Assembly (NCBI GenBank): GCA_043228905.1
Contig: JBHGNT010000007.1
Location: forward strand, 14,384,001 to 14,448,000
Direction: 5' to 3'
From: Azolla caroliniana
Lineage: Eukaryota > Plantae > Polypodiophyta
DNA: 64,000 nucleotides
A program made the position numbers and the translations under genes. How positions within the stretch are numbered: position 1 is the stretch's first letter; each line of letters starts with the position of its first letter. Positions 38,001-51,340 of the stretch are shown one piece after another. A model generated the notes under the pieces. It worked only from the letters and a program-made list of their open reading frames with translations, made no database searches and was not told the DNA's origin.

Positions 38001-39914
38001 AAAGATGGGTTCTGCACCATATGGATGTAAAAAATGCTTTTTTACATGGTAAATTAGAAGAAGAAGTGTATATGTGTCAACCACTAGGTTTTGAAGATAA
38101 GAAGCATCTAGAATATGTATGTAAGCTGAAAAAGGCTCTCTATTGACTGAAACAAGCACTGAGAGCATGGCATAAAGAACTTTTAGAATCTCTAAAAAAA
38201 ATTCTTTTAAAATGTCAAAGGATGATCCATCCTTATATGTAAAAAGAATAAATGATTGCATTGTTGTTATTTTGATTTATGTTGATGATTTAATCATCGG
38301 AGGTGATTCTATGGATGAAATAAGGAAGCTGAAAAAAAATCTTGAAATGCAGTTTCATATGAAAGATTTGGGAGAGCTGAGATACTTTCTTGGCATTGAG
38401 ATTATTGAAAAGAGAGATGATGATAGAAAAGAGAGAGAAGGAAGATATAGAAACCCAAATCTACAAAGATATATTAATAAGGAATGATGATCATAGAAAC
38501 AAGAGAAAGAAGATACATAAACTCAAGCCTACAAAGATGAATTGATCACTAGAAAAACACACTACATGAATAGGCAAAAAAAACACCACCAGAAAAAACT
38601 CTCTCCTCACCACCTCACTCTTCTTGCTTTATATGAAGTTCTCCTCTAGTAGATAAGTTTCGCTTGCTTTCTTTTCCACGCTTTTTTTAGAGCTTTTCCA
38701 TCTCCTATTCTTAGCTATGACACAACGATCTTCTAATCGTCATATCTCCCTCATCCATGCTCCAAATTTAGAGTTTTAAAAAGCTACGGATAGCTCTCGT
38801 CATAAGCTTTCTAACCCATATTTACACGTGATATTTGGGTGTCAAACGAGAGAGTTATGAGCATTTGTTTCTGACTGCGTTTTGGTGGTCTGCTTTTTCT
38901 CTTTTTAACTTTTCTCCATCTTTATTGCTTTTATTTGGACTTATCCACGAGATGTTAGTTCATGTCCTTGTTCTCCAAATGTGAATCCTCCATACCTTAT
39001 ATTCTTTTAGTGTCCAATGGCTTGAATTCTAAAAACAGTTTCACAATTATCAGATCTGAAAGTGGTATATATATGTTGCAAAAACAGTATGCAACAACTA
39101 TGTTGAAGAAGTATGGTATGCTTGGATGCAAACCTATTGGTATACCACTAGATAAGAACTGCAAATTGAGGGCTGATTTGGGAACCAAAATAGAAGATGT
39201 AAACATGTACATGTCTATGGTGGGCAGCCTCATATATTTGACTATAACAAGACCTGATTTGAGTTATGCTATTGGATTAGTCAGCCAACAAAGCCACATT
39301 TGGACTGTATAAGAAAAATTTTGAGGTATGTAAAAGCTACTCAAAATTATGGACTGTTTTACAAGGCTGATCTGGACATAAAGCTGGAAGGATATACAAA
39401 TGTTGATTGGGTTGGAAGCCAAACTGACAGAAGATCCACAAGTGGATATATGTTTACATTGGGAAGTGTAGCCATTTCATGGAGTAGCAAGAAACAAGCT
39501 ACTATTGCATTATCAAGTACTAAAGCTGAATATAGAGGAGCTGCAATAGCTACCTGTGAAGAGGTATGGATCAAAAGATTGTTTTCTGATTTGGCAGAGT
39601 ATATAGATAGTGCAGTCACAATTTGGTGTGACAATATGAGCAACATTGAGCTGGCAAAAAACTCAGTGTTCCATGCAAAAACAAAGCACATTGAAGTGCA
39701 TTATCACTTTGTTAGAGAAAAAGTGATTGATGGAGAAGTGGATCTGTTGTATGTAAGTACAAATCAGCAAGTGCATGTGGCTGATATTCTTACGAAGGGA
39801 TTGAGCATGGAAAAACATTCACAGTTTAGAGACATGATGGGAGTTATAACCATCGGCATGGTAGCTAAAAAGCATGAAGAAAAGAAGATTGAAGATGATC
39901 CCAAGAAAGGATAA
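35074..39914 (+). pseudogene. Copia gag-pol polyprotein, broken
   Basis: WYCGKAGHTQAEC, WYVDFGASNHM, WHKRIGH...CEAC, LRSDGGEY, KARLVAKGY, IYVDDL, SWSSKKQ, KHIEVHYHFVRE, ADILTKGL. Confidence 0.93.
38406..39045. mobile_element. Solo LTR inserted in Copia RT
   Basis: TG...CA, 640 bp, 5-bp TSD ATTAT (38401-38405, 39046-39050); the host frame LGIE|IIRSESG rejoins. Confidence 0.8.
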
Positions 39915-41445
39915 GTTGAGCTTGAGGGGGAGTGTTGAGAAGCAAGCTCAACAAAGGTATGTGATGCTTATTGAGGAATAAGCTATAGTAGTTATTAGCT
40001 AATTAGCTACTAGTGGACATAAAGGTGAAACAATTATTTAGCTATGCATAGTTATTTAGTTATTGACAACTAATTAGCTAATGGCAGCTAATTAGCTACA
40101 TATATAAGTCACTTATAACTTAGGTAAAAAGTAAGTAGTAAAAAGTGAGAAAGAGTGTGAGAGTAGAGAGAAGGAAGAACAGAAAACAAAAAACTGGCGA
40201 GAATGAGTTGAGCTCTGTGTGTAATGCAATAGAAGCTTTTGGAATGTGCAGGGGTAAGTCTCCTTCCCCTTCCCCTTTCTGTCTTAGGCACTAACGATCA
40301 AGCACATCACGATCCGTTGTGCACACAGAAGAGCCGTAGTGCCTTCGTAACAATATGGCCCGCATAGGTGACCGACCACAAGGATCTTCAATTGTTCAAA
40401 AGCCGACTTCTCCCCAAGGTAAGTTGAGTGCCCTCAAGCTTCTGCAGTATCTTCTCGTAGTCGGAGACGTGGTCTACGACAAACCTCTAACACCCGTCTG
40501 ATCCGATCGACTCATCCTTGGCGTCCTCTGGACATCCCTTGATCGTGATGTCATCCAAAAACGGCATGGTGAGGTTTGGGATGCAGTCCCTCAGCACCTT
40601 GTTCATTGCATTCACCATGTGTGCCACTGAATTTGTTCCTCCTTGAGGTAGGGTACACATCCGAACTAATCTAAGAGGGGTCTGTATCGTCGTAATGTCT
40701 CTACACTCCACAACTAGCTGGAACTGGTCATAACCGGAGTACAAGTCCCCAACTGAGTAGCTCGACCTTCCGGCGAAGGCCTCTGCAAACTCATCAATGG
40801 TCAGCCCAACTCCTGAATTCCAGATTGTCACCTTGTTGATGGGTTGTAGGTCCTCTATAAAGCGCAGTGTGTCATTCTTCTTCAGCGCCGTAAACCACCG
40901 ATTCGAATAAGGAGCACTCGACGGCTCGAGAATCCCCATCTCCACATTCTACTGGAGAAGCTCCATCAACTTCGGGATGTGCGCCCTCAATACCGGAATC
41001 GGCTTGAGATTCCATGGCACATGCGGTACCGTGAAGATCATCATTGGCAGGATCAGTACTGAGAGAAAGAAGGAATTAGTACTAAAAGATGAGGATTAGT
41101 ACTAAGAGAGGTGTAAAACTCTCGAGAGAAGGAAAGAGTGAGCAAGAGAGAGAGATAGAGAGAGAGAAAGGGTGAGAGAATGAGGATAAAAGATATATAT
41201 TATATGAAGAGAGTATACAATAGTAGCTAGGAGGCTTAAGAATGGTGTTGAACCGATTTGGTTCGAAATAATGCCGTGTGCCTCCTTTTATAGTTTCTAG
41301 AATGTTCCAGAGAAATCTGGAATATACATCAATTTTCTATAATATAATTTAAATGAAAATAATATCCTACGTATTACAATAGATGGTATAATGGCCAAGA
41401 GCTCGACCTATGTAACCTAAGGTCATGGGTTCGAGTCTTGCCATA

Positions 41446-44400
41446 TCATGACACTATCCTCCCTTTAAAACAACGAGTGTCATGAGTCGTTTTGGATTGA
41501 GGACCCGGTTTGTCTGGATATTGACAATGGAAGTCTTCAAGAAGAGCACGAGCATTGGTCACATTCTCTATCGGTTCCCAAGTACACTCGCTGGGACTGT
41601 ATCCTAGCCAATCGACTAGATAGAAGAGCTTTTTGTGAACAATCCTGGAATCGAGGATGGCAACAACCTCGTACTCATGTCCATCTTCAAGTTCGATCAA
41701 GGGTGGAGGTTGTGTAATACGTCCTGGGATGGTGCTATCTTGATAGGGTTCGAGGAGAGAACTATGAAACACCGGATGTATCCGAAGTTGCGGAGGTAGA
41801 TCAAAACGAAAAGCGACATCATTAATCTTTCCGATAATATGGAAAGGACCTAATCGCCGATAATCCAACTTCTCACATGGGCGAGTAGTCTTGATGTGTC
41901 GTCGTAGTAGCCATACCTGATCTCCGACATTAAAACTGGATGGAAGCCGATGACGATCCGCGTAAACCTTGTGTGTTTGTTGAGCTTTCTGGAGATAAGT
42001 AGATAAATCCACTTGTATCTTGCGTAATCGCTCCAAACGATCTTCTGTGCAAGGATTTGTGGACACCTCTGGGGTTTCAAGTACACACCACCGGGGGTGA
42101 CATCCCGTATAAGCATAAAATGGCGTAACTTTCGTGGATGCGTGGATAGAGTTGTTATAGGCAAATTCGGCGAAGTGGAGAATATCTGCCCAGTCATCCT
42201 GATGATAGCTGAGAAAGCACCGCAGATACTGCTCCAGCGTTTGATTGGTTCGTTCGGCTTGGCCGTCGGTTTCTGGGTGGTAGCCGAAGGAGAGGTTACA
42301 AGTGACCTTGAGCATGTTAAAAAGGTGCTTCCAGAATTTTGACACGAACTGGGGTCCACGGTCGCTGATGATACTATCGGGAAGTCCATGATGCCGACAT
42401 ACTTCACGCATGACAATTTCGGCAGTGTCTTCACTGGAGATCTCCTTAGTACATGGTAAGAAATGAGCCACCTTCGTATATCGATCGACCACCGTTAGAA
42501 TCGCATTGAACCCCTTAGAGACTGGAAGATCTGTGATGAAGTCTAGAGCAATAGATTGCCACAGCTTGCTTGGAATTGGTAATGGTTCTAATAAACCATA
42601 TGGATGATGCCTTGGCATTTTCGCTCTACAACATGTATCACAAGTCCGAACAAAATCTTCGACAAATTGTCGCATACGGGGCCACCAGAATGATCGTTGT
42701 ACTAAGTCTAATGTCTTAGTACTACCAAAATGCCCAACTGTATATGTGTCATGACAGTTTTGGACTACTCGAAGGCGGAAAGAACCATTAGGAACACACA
42801 AGAGTTTTTTAAAGAATAGTAATCCATCATGGTATTTGAATTGTCGATAGTCTGTACCTAGTTGTTGCGATTGTGAACAAGATGCTCGAGAGGGATCAAT
42901 TTGTGCTAGAATGGCTTGGGCGAAAGCATCGGTCTTCAAGTCCTCACATATGGTATCGATAACGTGGGAATCCACGGACATGCCAAAAACCTGTGTTGCT
43001 TGCAGTCGTGCCGGTCCTAAGATTACTTGTTTTTTGTTATCGAAAGATGGCTCACCGGGATGCGGTGCTAGATACGAACGTCGTGATAACGCATCTGCCT
43101 TCCCTTGGTGCTTCCCCGGACGATATGTAATTTGAAGTCGAAACGCGTGAGGAATTAGGCCCACCGAGCTTGACGTTGATTTAACACACAAGCGTCTTGA
43201 AAGTAGGCAAGGTTCTTGTGGTCACTGAATACGATGACTTGATGAGAGGATCCCTCTAGAAAATGCCTCCATTGTGTAAAAGAGTCCACTATTGCTAATA
43301 GCTACTTATCAGGAATTTCATAGTTGATTTTGGTGGCATCAAACTTGCGTGAGTGGAAAGCCACAGGATGTAGCTTTTCATGATTACCTTGTTGTGACAG
43401 AATGCTACCCAATGCGAAATCCGATGCGTCAGCTTCAATGATGAATGGTTTTTCTTGATCAACGTGAGCTAGAATAGGAGCCGATGTAAATGCCTTCTTA
43501 AGATTCTCAAAAGCCATGTCCGCTTCTTCAGACCAAACGAACGATTGTCCCTTCTTAGTAAGTTGTGTAAGAGGCAAAACAAGCTTTGAGTAATCCTTTA
43601 TAAACTTGCGGTAGAAATTGGCAATGCCTAAAAAGCATTGCACATCTCGCAACGAACGCGGAGTTTGACCCCCGTTTTGACCTTAGCTGGATCCATCAAG
43701 ATGCCTTCCGCAGAGATGACATAGCCTAGAAATTCCTCCTGGTTTACCCGAAACTACATTTTTCTAGCTTTGCATAAAGACCATGTTCTCGAAGTTGTTT
43801 TAGTACTAACAGTACATGAGAATCATGCTCTTCTTGGGTCTTCGAATAAACCAGCAAATCATCCAAATAGATGATCAAACAAACATCCAAGAGATCTCGG
43901 AATATATCATTTGCCATATGCTGGAAGATTGTTAGCGCATTAGTGAGGCCGAACGGCATGACCGTATACTCGAAGTGCCCATATCTGGTACAAAACGCGG
44001 TCTTCCATTCATCTCCTGGTCGGATTTGTACAAGGTTATATGCTCCCCGTAAGTCGATCTTCATGAACAACCTTGCACCATTGATCCGTTCTAAGAGACT
44101 TGAGATAAGGGGAAGTGCATACCTATTCCTGATTGTGACCTTATTCAAGCCACGGTAATCCACAACGAGACGAACTGATCCATCTTTTTTCTTGACGAAG
44201 AAAATGGGTGCACTGGCTGGAGATTTCGAATGCCGAATGAAACCATTTGCCAAATTCTCCTCTATATAGGCTTGAAGGACTTCTAGCTCGGTTGGAGACA
44301 AATTGTAGATCGGTCCCCATGGTGGCTCTTTTCCCGGTTGCAAATCGATGGGGAAAACATACGGTCGATGGTGGGGAAGCTTATTGGCTTGTACTTTATT

Positions 44401-46145
44401 GAACACATCAACATAATGACAATACTTCTCTGGAAGTTGAATGGTGGACTCCTCTTTAGTGGTGCTGGAGGGTTTTACTGATATTGCGAAGAGAAACATT
44501 TCTTCGTTGCGTCCTTCCTCACGCAACTAATGTAGCGAAATGGTTGCAATCTTATGAGTAGATCCTTGGGTTTGTTGACACCAGATTTCTCTTGTTCTCC
44601 AATCTATGTCTGGGTTATATAATTCGAACCATGGTAATCCCAAAACAATGGGATGTTCTGGGATACTAAATGATATTACACACGCTAAGTTATCTAGGAC
44701 AATATTAACGGGCTCTGACTCTTCTATGATATTTCCAGAAGCAATGGGACGACCATCAATGACTACTACAGAAGCTAGACACGGGAGTTTTCTTAGGGAT
44801 ATCTTATGAGCTTGGGCAAAATTCCTATCCATGAAGCAAGAGTTGGCTCCGGAATCGAAGAGTGCTAAGACATGTACTAGAGGAGTACTTTTAGTACTAA
44901 CCATTACTTGAGCTAAGAACACATTGCTAACTTGCTTAGAAGAAATGGAACCACTAATGGTCTGCACAGATCTAGGGCTATCCAACCAAACAGCTCCTAT
45001 TTTGGCTGGACTTAATCGTTTAACACTTCTTCTAGTTGACTAAGGATTTCAAATTTGTAAGAAAGGCTCGGGCTATTAGGACTATCAGACACACCTAGAG
45101 AAATAGACTCAAGTTTAGTACTATTAGTACTAGCGGTTATTTGATGTACCTACCTTTTTGGTCGATCGGGACAGTTCACTGCAATATGCCCCGGTCCCCC
45201 ACAATACAAACATAGTCGATTTGCCTTGCGTTGCTGCTTTTCTTCTTCTGATAGTGGTCCGCGACGACGTGTGGTGTCGATTTCCATTGGAGTCAGAGTA
45301 TTTGTTGGAGATGCATTATATGACTCCCTCGAAAAAGGTTTCGCTACCACTGAGGCGTAGGTGGACTCTGATCTTGCCCTTGGCATCTGGAATTGTCGTT
45401 CCGAATGTCGTTCGAAAAGACGGTTGTCGCATCTCACCACGCGACTGATTGCTTCTGTTAATGACTTTGGTTCTTTGGGGAAGGTCAAGAGTAAATCCTT
45501 GACATCATTGTGTAAACCATAACAAAACTGCTCCATCAATGCTTGATCATCCCAAGGGATATCGGCGGTGAGTAGACTAAAATCTACAGCGTATGCGGAG
45601 GCTGGACGATCACCTTGGTGTAATCGCCGGATTTTGTTGATTGCAGTTCTTATGCTGTCAGTATCTCCAAAATAGGCTTTAAACTCACTTATAAATTCTT
45701 CAAAATTGTTTAGTAATGGAGATTCCTTTTCTAACAACGGAGCGAACCATGCCAACGTTGAGCCACTAAGTAGGGTGCCTACTAGTCCCACTTGTGATGC
45801 ATCGGTGGGATATCGAGAAGGATGCATTTGAATCACTAAACGTACCTAGTTCAAAAAACCTCTAAATTATGATTGGGTCCAATCAAATTTTGCAGGAAGA
45901 CCAACCTTGGGTTCTTTGTGAATCCCTTGAGTGCTTGATCCTTGTTGTTATAATGATACAATAGTCGCTTCAAGTTGTTGTAGACGTAACGTCAGCTCCC
46001 CGTGTTGTTGTTGTTTTTCTAGCGCTATTTGTTGAAGATCCCCCAACAAATGGTGATTTTCTTGTTCTAGTGCTACAAATTTCTCCTTTAAGCACTAGAG
46101 CTCCGAGAAAATAGATTGGTATTCCTGAGCACTAACAGTTTCCAT
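41446..46145 (-). pseudogene. gag, PR, RT, RH, integrase-chromodomain of element D
   Basis: CLYCGGPGHIAVNC; LFDSGANSCF; IDLRGAYNL, YLDDLLVYS; EADASDFALG; ALDFITDLP; chromodomain YEVVAILDSR...YLVDWLGY...TWEP. Confidence 0.93.
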
Positions 46146-46513
46146 TTTACTAGGGAGGATAACAAGATTAGTATGAAGGGAAGAAAGGGGTAAGAAGATG
46201 AGGGAAACCGATAAGAAGATCGGAAAAAGGGGATATGTAAGAAGATAAAAGGAAGAGGAGGAAAGGAGGAGATGGAAGGAGGATAGAAAATAGGTTCAAA
46301 CTGTCAGGATCAATACTAAGAAAGAGAAGGAATTAGTACTAAAAGATGAGGATTAGTACTAAGAGAGGTGTAGAACTCCCGAGAGAAGGAAACAATGAGT
46401 GAGAGAGAGAGAGAGAGAGAGAGAGAAAGGGTGAGAGAATGAGGATAAAAGATATATATTATGTGAAGAGAGTATACAATAGTAGCTAGGAGGCTTAAGA
46501 CTAGCGTTGAACC

Positions 46514-48865
46514 CAGGGCCTAAAATTGACGGGTTAGTCTTAAAGTTTTTTGACGGGCATTTTTTAAAGATGTATGTCATATGACAGAAGATTGCAAAAA
46601 CTTAACATGTCATTTGACATACAGATTTTAGACATGAAAAGCATAGATGATAGTAATGACTTAACAATAATAGAAACAATGGTAAGTAAAAGTTTTAGTT
46701 TTAACTTAAAACCTATGTACTAAAAGTATTTCATTTCAATATAATATAAACAGTTAAGTTATTGCTTAGATAATACAAAACCTATATTGTATTATATTAC
46801 ATAATGTGATAGATGGTAACTTACATATTTAAAATGTTAAAGTTGGATGGATGTATCATGTATTCTTTTATTGTTGTTGCTGAACAACTATATGTAAAAT
46901 CAATCATTTTCAAGTGAAACAATAACTTGTTACCCTAATAGAAGTACTTACTCACCTATTTTCTATATCAATAAGTTATTACTAAGTTCTAACCTTAGTT
47001 TTTTAATAAAGCATAGATGATAGTTATAACTTATTAGTAATAACTTAATAATTATAAAAAGGATGGCTAGTAAAAGTTTTAGTTTTAACTTAAAACTTTT
47101 GTACTAAAAGTATTTCATTTCAATATAATACAAACAACCAAGTTATTAAGTAATACAAAAACTATATTGTATAAAATTAAATAATGTGATAGATGGTAAC
47201 TTACCTATTTAAAATGTTGAAGCTTGAGCCTAGCCTTGAAGGATGTCTTCTTCTATTGTTGCTGCAGAACAACTACATATAAAATCAATAATTTTTAAGT
47301 GGAACAATAGCTTACTACCCTAATAGAAGTACTTACTCACTTATTTTCTATACTAATAAGTTATTACTAACCTTAATTTCTTCATAAAGCATAGATGATA
47401 GTTATTAGTAATAACTTAATAACTATAAAAAGAATGGTAACTGTTAAAAGTTTTAATTTTAACTTAAAACTTGTGTATTAAAACTATTTCATTTCAATAT
47501 AATACAAACAGCCAAGTTATTGTTTAAATAATACAAAAACTATATTGTATAATATTACATAATGTAATAGATGGTAACTTGCCTATTTGAAATGTTGAAG
47601 CTTGAGCCTAGCCTTGAAGGATGTCTTCTTCTATTGTTGCTGTAGAAATACATATGAAATCAATAATTTTTAAGTGAAACAATAGCTTGCTACCCTAATA
47701 GAAGTACTTACTCACTTATTTTCTATACTAATAAGTTATTACTAACCTTAATTTCTTCATAAAGCATAGATGATAGTTATTAGTAATAACTTAATAACTA
47801 TAAAAAGGATGGTAACTATTAAAAGTTTTAATTTTAACTTAAAACTTGTGTATTAAAAGTATTTCATTTCAATATAATACAATCAGGCAAGTTATTGCTT
47901 AAGTAATACAAAAACTATATTGTATAATATTACATAATGTAATAGATGGTAACTTACCTATTTAAAATGTTGAAGCTTAAGCCTAGCCTTGAAGGGTGTC
48001 TTCTTCTATTGTTGCTGCAGAAAAACTACATATAAAATCAATAATTTTTAAGTGGACTGTGGAAGAATAGCTTGCTACCCTAATAGAAGTACTCACCTTT
48101 GTTCTGTACTAATAAGTTATTATTAACCTTAATTTTTTAATAAAGCATAGATAATAGTAAAATGTAATAACTTATAAGTATAAAAAGATGGTTAGTAAAA
48201 TTTTTAGTTTTAAATTAAAACTTAAATTAAACCTAGAGTCTAGACTCTACACTCTAGTATATTAGAATTTAAAGTATTTTTTTTTCGAAAAAAAAAGTAT
48301 ATTAGAGTATTTAATAAATGACTAATGTTATTGTTAAAATTTTAAATCGATTTGAGAATTTATATCATAAATCATGATTCATCATTACAATTTACAACTT
48401 ACAATTTATATTTTTTATTTTAAGTGTGTTTTTAAAAAACATATAAGATATATATATATAATAATATATATATATATATACTAGTAACTAAATACATATA
48501 TATAAACTTAGAAGTTATAATATTGTCATATTAATATATATTAGACTAGACTCTTAATTCTAGGACCTAGTATATTACACACTTTATACTAGTAACTTAG
48601 TAAGTTGTAACTACATACTACACACATAGTTATAACTTATAACTTATTAGTTATTACATATAATATATATATATATATATATTATATGACATGGAAATTA
48701 GAATTTTAGCATGTCATTTGACATGGATAATTTTTAGTGGCCTTTCATATGAAAAGGAAAATTTTATACTTTATATGTCATTTGATGGACATTTTTATTA
48801 GATGTATGTTTTTGACGGGCAAAATGGCCTTTGACGGGCATTACACCCGTCAAATTTTTGCCCTG
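46514..48865. mobile_element. Non-autonomous hAT-type DNA transposon
   Basis: TIRs CAGGGCCTAAAATTGACGGG / CCCGTCAAATTTTTGCCCTG; 8-bp TSD GTTGAACC (46506-46513, 48866-48873); subterminal TGACGGG/TGTCA motifs; no transposase. Confidence 0.9.
46638..48225. repeat. AT-rich tandem array, ~370-380-bp unit, ~4.2 copies
   Basis: GCATAGAT(G/A)ATAG anchors at ~46641, 47011, 47389, 47764, 48144. Confidence 0.9.
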
Positions 48866-50463
48866 GTTGAACCGATTTGGTTCGAAATAATGCCTTGTGC
48901 CTCCTTTTATAGTATTCTCAGGAATACTCTTGAAGTTTCTAGAATGTTCCAGAGAAATCTGGAATATACATCAATTTTCTATAATATAACTTAAGTGAAA
49001 ATAATATGCTACGTATTACAATAGATGGTATAATGGCCAAGAGCTCGACCTATGTAACCTAAGGTCATGGGTTCGAGTTTTGCCATATCATGACAATCAT
49101 TGGTTCTACGATTGTCAAGTCAACGCACACAATCTCCCCCGGTGAGAATGCAAAGGCTATCCCGTGTCGTCCAATCTAACCCGACCATCCTCCCGAAGCC
49201 CGTGACAACTTCGTACATTTCGACTGAACAGACCAGAATAACCCGGTCTTCGCGAAGGTTCTCTTTAGCTACCCTCTTGATCTCCCCGAAGGTGTTGTCG
49301 AATGAGACCGCCTCCACGGTGCCACTAATCACTTCATCCAAGTCCAAGGTTCCACATGCCTTCAAGTGCCCTTCGACCCTCCTTCTTTCCTACCCACCGA
49401 TGCCAGTTGTAGTACTACCACCGTTTCTGGAAAACCAAAATTTCCTACTTATGGTACAGGTGTGGGTTTCTTCCACTTGTTCGGAATATCGCGATCCCAC
49501 GCCTTGATAGCCCTCTTCAAATATCCTCTCGGCTCCTTCTCTATCCCTAGCACTTCCCTCAGCGTAAGCTCCACGTGATTGTCGAGGATCTGCTCCTCCA
49601 AGACCTTTCGTAGTTCCATCATCCTTTCTATCTCTGAGCTCAACCGGAAGCTCGACAACTTCATCTTCTCTTGTGAGCCAATCGGGCCTCCTTCATTTCT
49701 CTTCGGACCGCTCCAAGTCTCCTATTGGTTCAAGGGACCAGCCCCTTTGGCCTTTCCTTCTACCGGATCGTTCCATCCGGTGACCTCTTGAACTTGCCTC
49801 TTCGCACGGTCTACTTCCTCCACTAGCTTCTTCCAGAAAAAGCTTTCAAGCGCTACCAGACAAAATCCGGTATCTTTCGTCACCTTGCTATTCTCCCCTC
49901 CAACTCGAATACCGACGGATGCCGAATAATGGACGGTTTCGGCATGCCACACCGCAACCTCCTCCATCAACCTCTTCATCCCGCCCCAATCGATGTTTAT
50001 TTCCATGCACTCTACCGTTCCAAAGATATACCACCTTGTTCCTTAGTGCGTCGATGAAGTCGACACAATCTCTTCGATTGTGGTCAACGTTATCACACCA
50101 CACGCATCTCCTATCGTTCGGCGGGTGTTCGCACTCCTAACCGCTGCTCTCCCTCCGGGCCTGAGCCATCTGGAGATCACGCACCATCCTTGTTAGCTCC
50201 TTCAGAGACGCGCCCCCGGCAGGTCCTCTGGCCACATTGATCAGGGTTGTGCCCGACTCAAGCCACGGTCTCGTCTCTTCCGACGGGGTCAGAATCGGAT
50301 CCTCTAACTTCTTCCATGTGGTTGCGCCGGTCGTAGATGACCCCTCGTTGTTCGAATCTTGCCGCTTATCGAAACGGTTGCAAACCCTCTTTACCACAGC
50401 CTAGATTGTCGTGAGCCCTTCATTTGTCTCCAACAAGAGGCCCACCTTCTCTCGGTCGAGCGT

Positions 50464-51340
50464 TGTCGTGCCTTTCGGCGCCAGATCGTTGCGTGAGTCA
50501 AGTGGGAACCACTGGGGATTGGACTAAGAGGAGGAGGAATTTGAGACGAGTCTAGTTATGAATAGATTATTAGAAAGAGAGATAGAAACTTGTGAATCCC
50601 ACAAGTATAGTTGTTTTAGTTTATCTTAATCGTAGTAATAAATTAAAATAGTTTAGAGTAGATGTGAGTAGATTGAGAAAAGAGATCAAAACTTATGAAT
50701 CCCACAAGTATTATATTAATCAATATTTATGTAAGAATATGAATGTAGATTGAAAGAGAAGGATATAGAAACCTCGTGAATCCCACGAGTATAGTTTATG
50801 TCGTGAATCCCATAAATATAATTTATTAATTTGTGTTTTTAGAAATATATCCAATTTCCAAATATTCCGCGCCCCCTTATTACATTGTGCTCCCCATCCT
50901 TATATAGTGATGAGAGAGTCACTCCATGCTTTTTCTGTAATTATGAACTTCATGTTTTTTCTATCAATAGACTATATGCTTTATCTAACATGCTTTTTAT
51001 AAAGAGATCATGCTTTTTCTAACCTCATGCGTTTTTATCGATTATAGTGTTCATGCACGCTAGATGTGCATGTGTAGCTTTTTTTTATCATGCATTTTTT
51101 TTCTAACTAAAGCTTTTTCCTAGAAAATATGCGTGGAAAAACCCTTTCTATGTGGGATATCTGCTTTTTTAACACTTATGATATGTTAGTGTAATGGTAA
51201 GACTTTACATTATTAACATGGAGGTACAAGGTTTGAATCTTGCCCTATGCATGTGATATATATTTTCTTCTATTTCTTCATATTTATTGAATCGGTTGCT
51301 TTATAAGTTTTTCATGTAGTGTACGAAATACACTATGACA
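50464..51340 (-). mobile_element. Solo LTR inserted in A4 gag
   Basis: TGTCG...TGACA; flanks GCGT/GTGC (a probable GCGC TSD with C>T changes); the host KSVDA|LDREKVG rejoins; internal GAATCCCA repeats. Confidence 0.75.

Larger units (their letters stand above)
34682..40352 (+). mobile_element. Ty1/Copia element E (degenerate)
   Basis: 5' LTR (5'-truncated) to 34951; PBS TGGTATCAGAG (tRNA-Met-i) at 34952; gag-PR-INT-RT-RH order; PPT GAGGGGGAG; 3' LTR 39933-40352. Confidence 0.93.
41045..49095 (-). mobile_element. Chromoviral Gypsy element D (Tcn1/Tf1-like), degenerate
   Basis: LTRs 41045-41453 and 46302-49095 (the latter interrupted); TSD ATCAT (41040-41044, 49096-49100); PPT AAAGGGGAGGATAG 41454-41467; no tRNA PBS. 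Confidence 0.93.

Noticed and set aside
41384-41444. Functional tRNA gene
   Set aside because: Acceptor and T stems do not pair properly; kept only as a tRNA-like promoter module.
50590-50815. CRISPR-like repeat (GTGAATCCCACAAGTAT x4)
   Set aside because: Irregular, mutually similar spacers inside a eukaryotic LTR; no cas genes.
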